Positions 21,284 to 33,354 of a stretch of 64,000 bases of DNA are shown piece after piece. How positions within the stretch are numbered: position 1 is the first letter of the stretch; each line of letters starts with the position of its first letter. Below the pieces are notes generated by a model. That model did no database searches and was not told the DNA's origin. It saw nothing but the letters and a program-made list of their open reading frames with translations. The stretch comes from Hyaloraphidium curvatum SAG 235-1. Taxonomy: Eukaryota; Fungi; Monoblepharomycota. The position numbers and the translations under genes were made by a program. The stretch is from the NCBI GenBank assembly GCA_025558095.1, contig JAIVFI010000007.1, positions 682,001 through 746,000 of the forward strand, read 5' to 3'.

Positions 21284-23086
21284 ATGCTCGTCCTCTTCGA
21301 GACCCCCGCGGGCTACGCCCTCTTCAAACTGCGGGACGATGGAAAGCTCGACAAACCGGATGACTTGCAGAAAGACTTCGCTTCTCCCGAGTCTGCGAAT
21401 CGGCTGTCAGTATAGGCCGGTAGCACTCTGCTCCGTCCCGGCACTCACTGGCCGCCGGCCCCGCAGCCTCAAGCTGAAGGCTTTTGGGAAGTTCGAGAAC
21501 ACGACGGACGCCATGCAGGCCGTGACGGGCATCGTGGAGGGGAAGATGCCCAAGAATCTGAAGAAGTTCCTGTCGAAGGAGCTTTCGGAGCAGGAGATGA
21601 AGACGGAGCGGCTGGTCGTCGGCGACGCCAAGCTCGGTGCGAGGGTTCCCGGTGGAGAAGGGTGGCGGCAGCTCATTCCCCGCCTCAATCAGGCGCTTCG
21701 ATATCCAAGAAGCTTGGAATCACCGTGGTTTCTGACAGCTCGGTGAACGAGCTGATGCGCGGGATCCGGAGCCAGCTGGAATCGCTCCTCCAGGGCATTC
21801 CCGAGTCGGACCTGCGCTCCATGGTCCTCGGCCTGTCCCACTCCCTCTCCCGATACAAGCTCAAGTTCAGCCCCGACAAGGTGGACACGATGATCATCCA
21901 GGCCATATCGCTGCTGGATGACCTCGACAAGGAGCTCAACACGTACGCGATGAGGATCAAGGAGTGGTACGGCTGGCACTTCCCGGAGATGCAGAAGATC
22001 ATTGTGGACAACCTGGCGTACGCCAAGGTCATCAAGGCCGTTGGAGTGCGGACCAAAATGGCGGCCGCCGACCTGTCGACCATCCTGCCCGAGGAGCTCG
22101 AGAAGGAGCTCAAGGAAGCGGCCGAGGTGTCCATGGGAACCGAAATCTCGGAGGAGGACATTGAGAACATCACGTTTCTGTCGGATCAGGTGGTCTCGAT
22201 TGCCGAGTACCGGGCGCAGCTCTACGATTACTTGAAGAACCGGATGGCGGCCATCGCGCCCAACCTGACGGTTCTGGTCGGGGAGCTCGTCGGAGCCCGC
22301 CTCATTGCCCACGCGGGCTCGCTCATGAACTTGGCAAAGTACCCGGCTTCGACGGTGCAGATCCTCGGTGCGGAGAAGGCCCTGTTCCGGGCTTTGAAGA
22401 CGAAGCACGACACGCCCAAATACGGACTTCTCTATCACGCTTCCCTCGTGGGCCAGGCCGCCCCGAAGCTGAAGGGCAAAATGGCGCGGGCGGTGGCGAC
22501 AAAGGCCGCTCTGTCGATTCGCGTGGACGCGCTGGGCGACAAGGACACCCCCGAAATCGGCATTGAGATGCGTGCCAAGACGGAGGCACGGCTGAGGCAG
22601 CTCGAAGGCCGGCAAACGCACATTTCCAACAAGGGGGCGGGCAAGGGCAAATCCCCGCAGCAGAAGTTTGAGCTTGCCAAGGGCACCAAGACGTACAACG
22701 TTGCGGCGGACGTGGAGATGAACGGTGCGGAAAAGACGCCGAACGAGAAGAAGTCCAAGGACAAGAAGCGTTCCGCGGAGGAGGTGGGCGAATCCCGTTG
22801 GGGTTTTGGGTTTGGCTGACTTGTCCACTCGTTTTCCCAGGCACAAACGCCAGCGGCCGAAGACACCCCGAACGGCGAAGAGGGAACCGAGAAGAAGAAG
22901 AAGAAGGTAAAGGCATTTCGCGTGCGGCGGCGGTGTTGGCCAGGTCTCAGCCCATCTGTCTTCGCGCAGAAGGACAAGTCGGAATCATCGTCAAAGAAGC
23001 GCAAGGCGGAAGCGGAGGACGAGCCGGAGGGCACGCCTACGGGGGAAAAGCGCAAAAAGAAGAAGGATAAGAAGGCGGACGATTGA
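21284..23086 (+). CDS. NOP58: Box C/D snoRNP protein Nop58
   Basis: [63 protein letters not shown]-rich tail; spliced; head-to-head with HIS7 (~300 bp). Confidence 0.96.
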
Positions 23087-23296
23087 AGCTGGGGTTGAGC
23101 CATCTTTGTCACTCATATGTGCAGCGTGCGCATTAATTCTACGGGAGTTGCGACAAAGCAATCAAACATCAGAGACACAGGAGAACTAGGAAAGCCAAAG
23201 CACGCGCAACAGAGCATCCCTCCCCTACCCGTCCTCCCCTACCCATCCTTCCCTATCCGTCCTTCCCCACCCGCCTTCCATACACATTCCTCGTCC

Positions 23297-26200
23297 TCAC
23301 GCAGCGTACGAGAAGTAGCCTAGCCGCTGCTTCTCCTTCACCTCGACCCGGTAGTACATGCTGTCGCAGTCCTGGTTCTTCTTGGGGAAGAACTCGGCCT
23401 CGACGTAGTCGCCCACGCCGAGGCTGCCGGCGACTCGCTCGTCGTACATCTGTTGGAACGGGCTGGGCCGCGCCCCCGTGACCTTGCCCGTGCCTTCCTC
23501 CCTGCCGTAGTCCAGGGTGTCGAGCACGGTCACGTTGCGCCCAATCTCCGCGTGGGTCGAGTTGTCCAGCGTCCGGCGCACGATGCGCAGCTCGATCCGG
23601 ACGCCGTCTCCGCACGAGCCCCAGAGCTCGAACTCGGCCCGCACGTTGAGCTCCTTGATGGTCATGTTGGAGATCCACCGCACCATGGCCGAGTTGGCCG
23701 GCGCCGGTCCGCAGCACGGCTTCCCGTTGCTGCAGGGTACGAGCCACAGCTGGTGCATCCGGGGCTGTCCACCGATCTCAGCCTTCTTGCTGGCCTTGTA
23801 TCCCCTGCCCGTCGGATGCGGGCACGCCCAGGTGCCGGGTTCCTTGCCCCTGTCCGGGTCGTCGCGCCACCAGGCCAGCTCCTTGGGCTCTCCCCTCATC
23901 GTCAGGCCGTCCTTGTCCAGCTCCCGGTACAGGTAGAACCACCCTTGGGCCTCGGGCTGCGTCTGCGCGGGCGTGAAGTTGGACCATGCCGTGTCGACCC
24001 ACGTGTAGACCGTCTTGACGATCGGCGGCGCGAGGTGGTCCCGCACGCGGTTGTGCACCGCGCTCGACCTGAGCGTCAGCAGCGACTGGTTCTTGAGGGC
24101 CGCCATGTCCAGCACGGGGTCCGAGTCCTCGAAGCAACCGTCCACGACGGGCTCCTTTGCAGGATCGGTCAGCTCAAACATGCGCAGGGGCAGCGTACCG
24201 ACGGCGCCGCCGGACTCCTCGAGCTTCATCATCAGGACAAAGGCGCGGTAGGTCCAGAAGGGATCCGGCTCCGAGGCGTTCTTCTTGTCGACGCGGTAAA
24301 AGTCGCAGAACGTCTTGCGCTTCGCGACGACGGGGTAGTCGTGGAAGCAGCGCTCGTCCTCCATGCGCGCGTAGTACAGCGGGCCCGTCGCGAGGGCCGA
24401 CGGGTCGAGCGCCGAGCGGCCCCGCCGGATGCCGGCGGTGAGGGCGACCAGGTTCGAAGGGCCACCGAACAGCGCGCGCGTGAGGACCTTGAGCTCCGCA
24501 TCGCGCCCGCCGATGAACTTGTACCGCGGCGTCAGGAAGAGGTACCCGTCGGGTTCGTCCAGGCCGCGCCTGCGCAGCGGCTTGCTGCCGGCCGACAGCT
24601 GCGTCCCTGCGGCACCAAAGTCCGAGCTCGTGATGGCGCTGACGCCCAGCCCCTCGCCCTCGCACAGCACGTTGCGCATGTGCGTGGCGTTGGGGTACGC
24701 GAGCGGGTCCACCACGGCGATCCGGTAGTCCTCGGGATCGACGTCGCCCTGCTTCCTCGCGAGCTCCTTGAGGGCCACCGAAAACGGCCGGATCGGTTTC
24801 TCCGGATCCTCCGAGGGGAGCTCGTTGGACAGCCACACCTTGCGGTGCCAGCCGATCCACGTCTTCTCCGCGGCCGTGAGCGCGTCCGAGAGCTCGGGCA
24901 CCTTGGCCGCCGACATGTCGTTCTCCCCCACCACCTTCCAGAGCTGCTCGCCCAGCGCCCGCGGGGACTTTTCGAGGATCAGGCTGCCCGTGCCCGGCTT
25001 GATCATCTCGGCAATGCCGCCCGTGTCGAAGGCGACGGTGCGCATGCGCAGGGTCGCGCACTCGGCGATGACGTACGGCAGGTTCTCGACCAGCGACGGG
25101 ATGACCACCACGGCGTCGTGCAGCCGCAGCTCCTTGAGGTGGTTCATGGCCTCGGACCGCGTGAGATTGTTGAGGGTGCGGATCTGCCACCGCTTTGGCC
25201 AGCGCTGCACCTGCTCGCGGATGTACACCGAGGCGTCCGTGAGGTTGACCGTGCCCTGCTCGGGGTGCTCGTTGATGGTGCCGAACTTGCCGACAAAGTC
25301 CACCTTGAGGTCGATGGCGTCACCGCCGCGGGCGGCCAGGAGGTGCAGCGCCTCGGCAAACACGCCCAGGCCCTTGCGCTCCTCGATGCGGGAGAAGAAG
25401 ATGAGGTGCCGCGACTTGCGCACCTCGCCGGGCTGCAAGGAAGGCAGCTCGGGGACCGAGTGGTTCGACACGTCGACGATGTTGGGGATGACCGAGGGGT
25501 TTCGCGAGTTCCAGCCGCGCTCCTTGGCGTACCGCAGCATGTAGGCCGTCGGCGAGATAACGGCGTCGGCGTGCTCCATCGAGTACTTCTCGGCAAAGTC
25601 CACGCCGAGCGAGTAGAGGTCCGTGTGGTTGCGCGCCATGGAGCTCCACACGTGGCTGCCGTGCGGCTGCACCGCGACGAACTCGGGGAGCACCTTGGTG
25701 ATGGTCGGGTCGTCGCGGGCCATGAGCAGGGGCGCGGCAACGCCGCCCCACTCGTGGCTGTGGACGAGGTCGCACTCCCGGCCGCGGAAGTCGGTCATGT
25801 ACGAGGAGGAAGAGCGGCGGAGCCAGTCGACCACCGCCGAGCCGTGCGAGATGGAGGTCAGGGCGAAGGACCAGCGGCCCGAGTGGCTGCTTTGCACCGT
25901 GGCCCTGCTGCCGCCGAGGGAGGGGTCCACGCAGACGAGCTCCACGCGGTGGAGGGCGTAGAGCGTCCTGAGACGGCGGCAGGCGTTGCGCGAGAGCACC
26001 GTGGTGATCCAGCGAACTCGGAAGGGGTGCAGGCCGCTAGACTCGCGGTGGTTGGCCAGGGTCGTGGCCATCAGCCAGTAAGCCGTTGCGGTTCCGCCCT
26101 GCAAAGAAAGGAGGTCAGCGCAAGTCGACCGGGAAGCGAACGCCGGTTCTTGGTGCCCACCATGCCCTTGACGCCGTAGGTGTCCATGCTGAGGATGCAG

Positions 26201-26791
26201 ATCTTCATCGAGTCCCTGCTCAGCTCGGGCTTGGGCGGCGCCGCGGTGATGAGCGGCGGCAGATCCTCGGGCTTGGCGCCCTCGCGGTGCGCCTCGGCGT
26301 CCGTGGGCGCCGGCCCCGGGGCATCCGACGAGTCCCACGCGCCGATGCTGCCGAGCACCTGCTCCACCGTCCGCCGGGCGCTCAGCGCCCCGGCTGCCGA
26401 GTGCTTCTCGAACGAGCAGATGACGCCGCCGCCGCCGTGCCGCCGCGGCCAGCCCTGGTCGCCGGGCTCCGGGGCGATGAGGCACGACTGCCGCGCCTTT
26501 TCCTTGAGCACGTCGTTGGGGTAGTAGACGAACATGAAGAGCGAGAGGACAAAGGCGCCCAGGCACACGAGGAGGACGAGCTGCATGAGGAATCGCAGCG
26601 GGTGCGCCAGCGGCGAGCGCGGCACGCAGAAGACGACCAGCCGCCGCAGGAAGCTGTGGTGGTTGAAGAGGGAGCACGTGCACCTGGGGACGGGGCGGCG
26701 TCAGCGGGGAGGAAAACGGCAAAGGCGGGAGGTGGTCAAGAGCGCACCAGAAGCGGCACCCGCAGCAGCCCGGCTCCGGCGACGGCGCCAT
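23297..26791 (-). CDS. Type II membrane GT4-like (GT-B) glycosyltransferase with long C-terminal extension
   Basis: TM helix; KICILSMD..GGTATAY, HSHEWGG, SPTAYM, FFSRIEERKG, PSLVENLPYVIAE, TGGIAEMI. Two 5' introns; start approximate. Confidence 0.8.
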   Translation of the reverse strand: MAPSPEPGCCGCRFWCALDHLPPLPFSSPLTPPRPQVHVLPLQPPQLPAAAGRLLRAALAAGAPAAIPHAARPPRVPGRLCPLALHVRLLPQRRAQGKGAAVVPHRPGARRPGLAAAARRRRRHLLVREALGSRGAERPADGGAGARQHRRVGLVGCPGAGAHGRRGAPRGRQARGSAAAHHRGAAQARAEQGLDEDLHPQHGHLRRQGHGGHQEPAFASRSTCADLLSLQGGTATAYWLMATTLANHRESSGLHPFRVRWITTVLSRNACRRLRTLYALHRVELVCVDPSLGGSRATVQSSHSGRWSFALTSISHGSAVVDWLRRSSSSYMTDFRGRECDLVHSHEWGGVAAPLLMARDDPTITKVLPEFVAVQPHGSHVWSSMARNHTDLYSLGVDFAEKYSMEHADAVISPTAYMLRYAKERGWNSRNPSVIPNIVDVSNHSVPELPSLQPGEVRKSRHLIFFSRIEERKGLGVFAEALHLLAARGGDAIDLKVDFVGKFGTINEHPEQGTVNLTDASVYIREQVQRWPKRWQIRTLNNLTRSEAMNHLKELRLHDAVVVIPSLVENLPYVIAECATLRMRTVAFDTGGIAEMIKPGTGSLILEKSPRALGEQLWKVVGENDMSAAKVPELSDALTAAEKTWIGWHRKVWLSNELPSEDPEKPIRPFSVALKELARKQGDVDPEDYRIAVVDPLAYPNATHMRNVLCEGEGLGVSAITSSDFGAAGTQLSAGSKPLRRRGLDEPDGYLFLTPRYKFIGGRDAELKVLTRALFGGPSNLVALTAGIRRGRSALDPSALATGPLYYARMEDERCFHDYPVVAKRKTFCDFYRVDKKNASEPDPFWTYRAFVLMMKLEESGGAVGTLPLRMFELTDPAKEPVVDGCFEDSDPVLDMAALKNQSLLTLRSSAVHNRVRDHLAPPIVKTVYTWVDTAWSNFTPAQTQPEAQGWFYLYRELDKDGLTMRGEPKELAWWRDDPDRGKEPGTWACPHPTGRGYKASKKAEIGGQPRMHQLWLVPCSNGKPCCGPAPANSAMVRWISNMTIKELNVRAEFELWGSCGDGVRIELRIVRRTLDNSTHAEIGRNVTVLDTLDYGREEGTGKVTGARPSPFQQMYDERVAGSLGVGDYVEAEFFPKKNQDCDSMYYRVEVKEKQRLGYFSYAA

Positions 26792-27776
26792 TGCCCTGTG
26801 CGGCGAGCCATTGTCGAACGAGGGGCGCTTTGGCCTGTGGTAGCCCAGCGGCGCGGGGAGCCGCGGCTTGGGGGCGGCCTCGACGACGGCGAACATCGCT
26901 TCCGCCGGCTGCCGGTGCCGCGTCAGAAGTCTGGCCGGGCCCCTTCAGGCTCTTCTGGCGGTGTCTAAAAGTGCGATTGGCGGTCCGGAGGGCGGGTTGG
27001 CGGAATGCGGGCGGGAGGGTGCCGGTGCCGGCGGCGACGGTTGGGCGAATGGAATGTGCCGGTGCGGAGGAGGGGAGCACGACAGCAGTCAGTTCCCCGC
27101 CCGCAGAGCGCGCAGCAGCATCGGCGCCCACCGTTTCCCGCCGTCCGCGGAGTCCCCCGGGCCGCGCGTCGGTCACCGCGCGCGCAGCCGCTCCCGCCCG
27201 TCCGCCGCCGCCGTTTCTCTGCGAAGGCCGTCGCGCCGCCGTGCTGCCGCGTGCGCTGGAGGCCTGGCCGTTGGTCGGCGAGCTCGGGGGATTCGGGTGG
27301 GCTCGGTTGGGGGATGAGGGTCCGGCGGAGGCCGGTTTCCCGTTTGACCCCCTTTGCTCGTTTACGGTCGGAGAGGTGATCAGCCGGGCGGGCGGTCCCC
27401 CGACCCCATTTTGCGCAGAGATGGATCGGAGCGCCCATCCGAAGCCAAGGTGGGCAGAGATAGACATGAATAGATTCACTGCGATTGCCGGAGGGTTGAC
27501 ACCGCATCGGCCGCCGCCCCCGGGCCCCATCTTCGGCTGATTATCGGGAAACGTCGGGCGTCCCAAACCCGATATACGCCTCGTTACGGCCTCGAACGGC
27601 TGGATCGGACGCAGAAGCACTCTTTGAGCGTAGCCGGACGTCGCACCGCCGCCGGGACGTCCCAGCTAAGGCAGCAGACGAGAGGTGAGATTGGGCGTAT
27701 GCACCAGCCCCTTCGCACGACCACAACCCGTTTGCCCGTTTGGGCGCAAACGCCAATCACCCATCCGCCTCGTCCA

Positions 27777-28538
27777 TCACCCATCAGCCATCTCCATGTT
27801 GGCGTCCATCCTCTCCTCCTCGCCGAGCCGCCCCGCGCTCCCCCTCCCCGCCCGCCCGTCCACGAACTCGAGCACCTCCGCCGCGATCGCCCCCGCGGCA
27901 TCGACGTCCCCGCCCGGCGACAGCTCGACCAGCCGTGAGCCAAGCGTGTCCCTCAAGGTCCGCTGCAGCCGCACGTCCTGTCCAGTCCCGGTGGCGAACT
28001 GCAGCACGAACCCCGCGGCCTGGCTCGCCGCCCCGCCGTCGATCTTCCCCATCCCCTCGGGATCGACGTACGCGTCCACCAGCACCACCCCCGCCACCCG
28101 TCTCGTCCTCCCATTCCCCGCCGCCGAACCTAGCGACCCGATCAACCCCCATGCGGTGTACCCCGACGCGAGCACCACCGCGTTCCAGCGCCCCGACCCG
28201 AGCCTGTCCAGGGGGAGCTCCTCCACGGCTGCAAACACCCTCGCGTCCGACTCGATCTCCCTCGCCTCGGCCAGCGCTTCGACCAGGGGTCCGAAGAGCG
28301 CGGGGAGCGCGTCGCCGGGGTCACAGAGCACCACGAGCGTCCTGCCGCCCGTCCGGGGGTCCCCTGCAGACGTGCGGGCGGTGGGGCTGTTGAGCATCTT
28401 CTCGAGCTCGGTCGGGGACAGCGAGGGCGGAGTCGAGGGGAGCAGCGTCCTGGGAAGGTTGTCCGGCGCCAGGATTATCGACACACCGTGCTGCGGGTCG
28501 ATGGACGCCGAGGGAAACCCTGGACCCGCGTAGTCCAT
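27777..28538 (-). CDS. Hypothetical protein (possibly alpha/beta-hydrolase-like)
   Basis: Host-like codon bias and alternating strand/helix pattern (VVLASGYTAW..VAGVVLVDA). No firm motif. Confidence 0.5.
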   Translation of the reverse strand: MDYAGPGFPSASIDPQHGVSIILAPDNLPRTLLPSTPPSLSPTELEKMLNSPTARTSAGDPRTGGRTLVVLCDPGDALPALFGPLVEALAEAREIESDARVFAAVEELPLDRLGSGRWNAVVLASGYTAWGLIGSLGSAAGNGRTRRVAGVVLVDAYVDPEGMGKIDGGAASQAAGFVLQFATGTGQDVRLQRTLRDTLGSRLVELSPGGDVDAAGAIAAEVLEFVDGRAGRGSAGRLGEEERMDANMEMADG

Positions 28539-28851
28539 CGTTTCGCTGTCGGGCGACGACGGGGCGTGCCCGCCGTTGTGGGAACGCGACGACGCCGAGA
28601 GGCCGTGCGCCTGCTGCGAATGCCGCCGCCGGACGATGCGGACGGGGCCCTCGGCGGAGGCGCGCGTTTCGTGCGACATGGCGTCGCGTTTTCAAGCTGA
28701 AGGACGCGCTGATAGAGGGAAACGAGGTGTGACTCCCGTGGGTACTTGTCTGGTACTAACTTGTCGGCCGCGCGGTGCCACGTCAATCAATCGGAGTCCC
28801 CAACTCCTCTCGAGCACACCCGCTCAGGCCGCCAATCCCGGCTGTGCCGCC

Positions 28852-29572
28852 ATGGCACGCCGTACGGGGGCCCTCCGCTGGCCGCTCTTCGCGCTCGCCG
28901 GCGTCGCCGCGCTCTCCCTCGCCCTCCACGCGGACGCGGCCGGACCCCAAATCGACGAGGAGTTCCGAAGGGTCACCTGCCAGAGCGCGGTCAAGCTCAC
29001 GCACGCCGTGTCGGGATTCAAGCTGCACTCGCACCAGATAAACTACGGCTCGGGCAGCGGGCAGCAGAGCGTCACGGGGTTCCCCTCCGCGGACGACCCC
29101 AACAGCTACTGGGCCGTGCTGGGCGGGCTGGACACGCCGTGCAAGCGGGGGGAGCCGTGGGATTGAATTGCCTGCCGGGCTCGCTTCTTCGTCTGACCCC
29201 CCGTTCTTTCCCAGCATCGCCTGCGGCTCCACCATCCGCCTGCGGCACGTCGCCACCAAGAAATACCTCCACAGCCACGCCAACCACCAGTCCCCCCTCT
29301 CCTCCAACCAGGAAGTCTCCGCCTACGAGGGCGAGGACGCCGGGGACGAGTGGAAGCTGCAGTGCCCCGACTCGGCCAAGTTCTGGGTGCGCGAGTCGGA
29401 CGTCCGCTTGGTGCACGACACGGGGCGGTACCTGACCGCGCTGCCGGGCTACAAGTACCGGCATCCGATACCGGGGCAGATGGAGATCTGCGGGACCAAA
29501 AAGACCGACAAGGACACGCTGTGGAAGGCCATGGAGGGGATATACCTCGCGGACATCACCGTGAACGACTAG
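28852..29572 (+). CDS. SDF2: SDF2-like MIR-domain ER protein
   Basis: Signal peptide; VTCQSAVKL..KLHSHQINYGSGSGQQSVTG..DDPNSYW; CGSTIRLRH..YLHSH..SPLSSNQEVSAY; WKAMEGIY. Intron ~29157-29214. Confidence 0.92.
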
Positions 29573-29622
29573 CGGACGCCGCGCACGGGGCATGTAGAGC
29601 AGACCTGAAACGAAGATGGTAT

Positions 29623-30838
29623 TCAGAGCTTGTTGGGATCCGCGGGCGGAAGCTTCTCGAGCCGGTAGCTCGGCTTGTCCGCCCGCTTGGCGTCTACGAT
29701 CATGCCCGCCGTCGGCGTCCCAAAGTGCGTTCCTGAGGCGAACGGTCAGCAAATCTCGTCGGCCCGCTGTGCAGGTCTGGCCCACCGATGATCAAAGCGC
29801 CCTCGTCCGCCCACCGCCGGAAGAACTCCTGCCTTGTCGCCGCCGCCATGTCCGGGTCCCAATCCAGCACCGTGCTCATCCCCGGCTCCGCAATCTGCAC
29901 CGGCGTGTGGGTCATGTCACCGGTCACCACTGCCCGCGCCCCTTTGCTCTCGATCACGACGCTGATGTGCCCCGGCGTGTCTGCACCCGACCCCGGTGAG
30001 CGCACGAACCCGGGGACGCCCACGAACCACCCACGCCCGACCGTCGGCTCGAACCTGATCCCGTCCGCCACCACGTGGTCCACCGGCACCATGTCCACCA
30101 GCCCCGCCTTGACCACCGGCTCCACCGAATCCGCCATGATGTTCTCGCCGTCGTAGGACCCCTTGTCGGTGCGGCTCCAGTGCTCGTACTCCGGGCGCGC
30201 AAAGAGGTACCGCGCGTTGGGGAAGGTCGGCACCCAGCGCCCGTTCTCCAGCTTGGTGTTCCATCCCACGTGGTCAACATGGAGGTGGGTGCACACGACG
30301 TGGGTGATCGAGTCGGCGGGGTAACCCGCCGCCCGCATCGTGCCGAGGAACTCGGTCTTCAAATCGGACCACCCGGGCGTGGAGCGCTTCTTGTCGTTGC
30401 CGATGCATGTGTCCACGACCATCCTCATCTTGCCGTTGTCGATCACCAGCGCCTGGATCTTCTGCAGCAGGAAGCCGTCATTCGTGACGTAGTCCGGGGC
30501 GAGCCAGGGGTGCTGCCCGGCGATCTCGACGAGGCGTTTCTTGTCCACCGCGTTGCCGAAGATGAACTTGGGCGTCGTACGGGACTCGGATTCAGGAATG
30601 CTCTTGGGGAGCAAACACGCGGCGAGGGCCCCCGTGTGGTGGCAAATGACGGCATCAAAGGCAAGTGGTAGAGGCAGAAATGGGCAGGCGACGGCACGCA
30701 TGTGGTGGCAGCAAGTGGGGTCAGGAGCGGGGTGGGAGACACCAGAGCGGCGGGCCCAACGGTGATCTTGAAGTCGCCCACCCGCCAGCGGAGGATGTTG
30801 GCGGTGCCAATCTTGGTGCCCTGGAGTGATTGGGCCAT
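29623..30838 (-). CDS. MBL-fold metallo-hydrolase (bacterial AHL-lactonase-like subfamily), spliced
   Basis: VVDTCIGNDK, THLHVDHVGWN, PTFPNARY, TPGH, TGDMTH, GTHF; interrupted by short introns. Confidence 0.88.
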
Positions 30839-31790
30839 CGTGGTGGCTCTTCCGGGTGCCCTGGATCGTTCACGGGCTTGGTGTTGACCGATGTTGACGA
30901 CGCTGCTTCGGCCGCCCAGACCGAATACGGACTCCAAATAACACCGGAAGGAGCAACCGCGTGCCGTGTTTGACGGCCAGATAAATGGATCGACTATTCA
31001 TTCGGTGTAGCTCTGCCCGGCAGCAGTGTCATTATGGGAGGGTCGTCGCGAGGGACTCGAGGAGAGTTCAACCGCGCCTTCGCCCTCCAGACCCCATTTG
31101 AGCATACAAGACCCCTTTCGGAGCTGAGCAACCAGCTCTTTGGAATCAGATGCATTGATGGATGGCGCTTTTGGTGCTTTTCGGTATTCAAGATGGCCCG
31201 GGTCGATCGGCTTGCCAGACTCGAAGCCAAGACCATCTCGCACCTCCGGACAACTCGGACCTTGGAAAGACTCGGAAAGGAGCAGATCGGGCCCTTTTTC
31301 GTGCATCTTGCCATTTTATTCGTGTGCATAGTCAGCGGGGATATGTAGGGCCATTCTCTGCGGGCAGACTGGGCGATCGGCGCGTCCGGGGACGCCGGAT
31401 CACTCGATCGGGCGTTCGGGACTCGAATCACGTTCAAAAGTTTCGCGAGGGCGCTCTGCGGCCTTCGATTGCCACCTGGGGTTCGAGTGTGGACGGGGCA
31501 CCCCGCGCGCTCCTCCCGCCGCGAATCCCGGCGCCGGACCGGCCATCGCGGCCATCCGATGACGTGTCGGTCTTCTGGCGCCGTCTCTTAAGTCTCCTTC
31601 CACCTGCAGGCCCGGGAAAGGGCGAGGGATGGCAGGGGACGGCGGGTGGCTGGAACCGTGCTATTGAGCGCGTGCGCCGGGCAATGTTTGGCACTGCAAG
31701 TTCGCTGCAATCACGCCCGCACGCCCGCCGCATCGCCGCCGCGCCGCCGCCTCCGCCGCACGCAACTGCGAAGCAACCGCATCGGCAAAC

Positions 31791-33101
31791 ATGCCACGCG
31801 GCGGGCGAAAGGTGCGCGCCTTCTTCTCCGGCGTCTACCGCCGCTCGGGTGCCGCGAAGGTGGTGGCTCTTGTCAAGAGCAAGGTTCACCCCGAGCCGGC
31901 CCGCCGCGACGTCTCGGGCGACCCTCTCTCGAGGCTTTACCCGATCGGTGGCCTCATGACCGTGACGGAGAGCGGGTTTGCTCGCGTGCCTCTGTTCGAG
32001 GGGCCACCCACGGTCGGCGCCGCGCTGCCCATCGCCCCCGCGCCGCAGCCCGCTCCCGCGCCCGAGGACGCGACCGACTGCATCGGCGCTGCGACCACCG
32101 AGGAGCTGCCCGCACCCGCCGCCCTGCTGCCCGCCGCCCCGGCGCAGGAGCCCGCCGCCGTGCCCGCCGCCGTGCCCGAAGACTCAACGGCCTCCATCCG
32201 CGCTGCGCCCATCAAGGGACCGATCGAGCAGGAGAGCGCCGAGACTCTCATCAGCGGAAGCACTACCGACCTCCACGGCGCCGTCCCCGCGGTGCACGAT
32301 GCTGCAGTCGGGGTGCACGGCGGGCGCATCGAGGAGATTACGCAGTCCAAGGACCTCGCCCAGAATGCGTCCGCGATCGCCAACCCCGACGAGACCCGCT
32401 CCTTCGCGCATACGAGCACGAAGCTCGAACCCCTCATGGAAGAGCTGAGCCTTGCGATGCGCGAGTTTGCCGACCAGGCCGCTGTGCAAGCCCCCGCGGA
32501 AGCCGGCGTGCCCGTCGCGGACGAGACCCTCGAGTCCGGCCATGACTTTTCGTTTGCCGAATCGATGGAGCTCCAGTTCTCGCCCGTCTTGTACGAGGAA
32601 CGGCCCCGGAAGGCGCTCGGGGAGCTGGACGGGGAGCTGACCCAGCAGCTCGAGGAGCACGAGAGTTTCGTGCTGTTGGAGAAGACGGCCGACGTGGCGT
32701 GGGTTCGGGCGTCGCAGGCCCGGGGCGAGCAGGAGCTGGACTTGGAGGTGGACGCGAGCGATGCATCCGACGTGCAAGCCCGTGCCGAAGCCGGGATGCA
32801 AGCTCATGTTGAGGTCAAGAACTGTGCCGCTTCGCCCTTTGTGCAAGCCGTTACGGAAGCCGGGGCGCACGGTGCGCTCGACACCGATCCGCACCTGAAG
32901 CTCATGGTCTCGGATTGGGATGCTCAGCTCAACGTGTTTCGTCACAACCTCAACCCTTTCGCCCTGCTTGAACAGGCCGCCGCCGGCGGAGCCAGACCGG
33001 GCCGGATGGAGCAACGGCCGATGGGACCGCCGAAAAGGCCGATCGAGAAGCGGTCCGAGGGTCAGGGTTTGAAGAGGTGGGCGGCAAAGGTCGACCAGTG
33101 A
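31791..33101 (+). CDS. Hypothetical acidic low-complexity protein
   Basis: 436-aa ATG ORF, Ala/Glu/Pro-rich, with host-like codon use. Confidence 0.55.
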   Translation: MPRGGRKVRAFFSGVYRRSGAAKVVALVKSKVHPEPARRDVSGDPLSRLYPIGGLMTVTESGFARVPLFEGPPTVGAALPIAPAPQPAPAPEDATDCIGAATTEELPAPAALLPAAPAQEPAAVPAAVPEDSTASIRAAPIKGPIEQESAETLISGSTTDLHGAVPAVHDAAVGVHGGRIEEITQSKDLAQNASAIANPDETRSFAHTSTKLEPLMEELSLAMREFADQAAVQAPAEAGVPVADETLESGHDFSFAESMELQFSPVLYEERPRKALGELDGELTQQLEEHESFVLLEKTADVAWVRASQARGEQELDLEVDASDASDVQARAEAGMQAHVEVKNCAASPFVQAVTEAGAHGALDTDPHLKLMVSDWDAQLNVFRHNLNPFALLEQAAAGGARPGRMEQRPMGPPKRPIEKRSEGQGLKRWAAKVDQ

Positions 33102-33354
33102 GGAGGACTTTGGGGCCCAGCGCGAGATCCGCGCGGCCGGGCGCAGGAGAGGAGCGGTCGAAGAAGGAAAGAAGGGCCCGTCCACGGACATCCGCCGCGG
33201 GACACATATGGTCTTCGGACTTGCAGAAGCCCTGTTCCGACCAAATCACCAAAGCCGAAGCTCATTTAGCATGGCATTATTGTACTATATCCGCATCATC
33301 TGAAAAGTTGACATCTCCTCCAAACCTCGGCACAGCTTCAGTCCTCGGCATCAG

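Noticed and set aside
23453-26179. Long antisense ORFs (also 51843..53972, 55440..57449, 21689..22846, 41233..43356, 60234..61757)
   Set aside because: Shadow ORFs opposite GC3-rich real genes, with no motifs.
30994-31437. Small ORFs between the MBL gene and 31791
   Set aside because: Short, overlapping on both strands, with no recognisable motif or codon bias.
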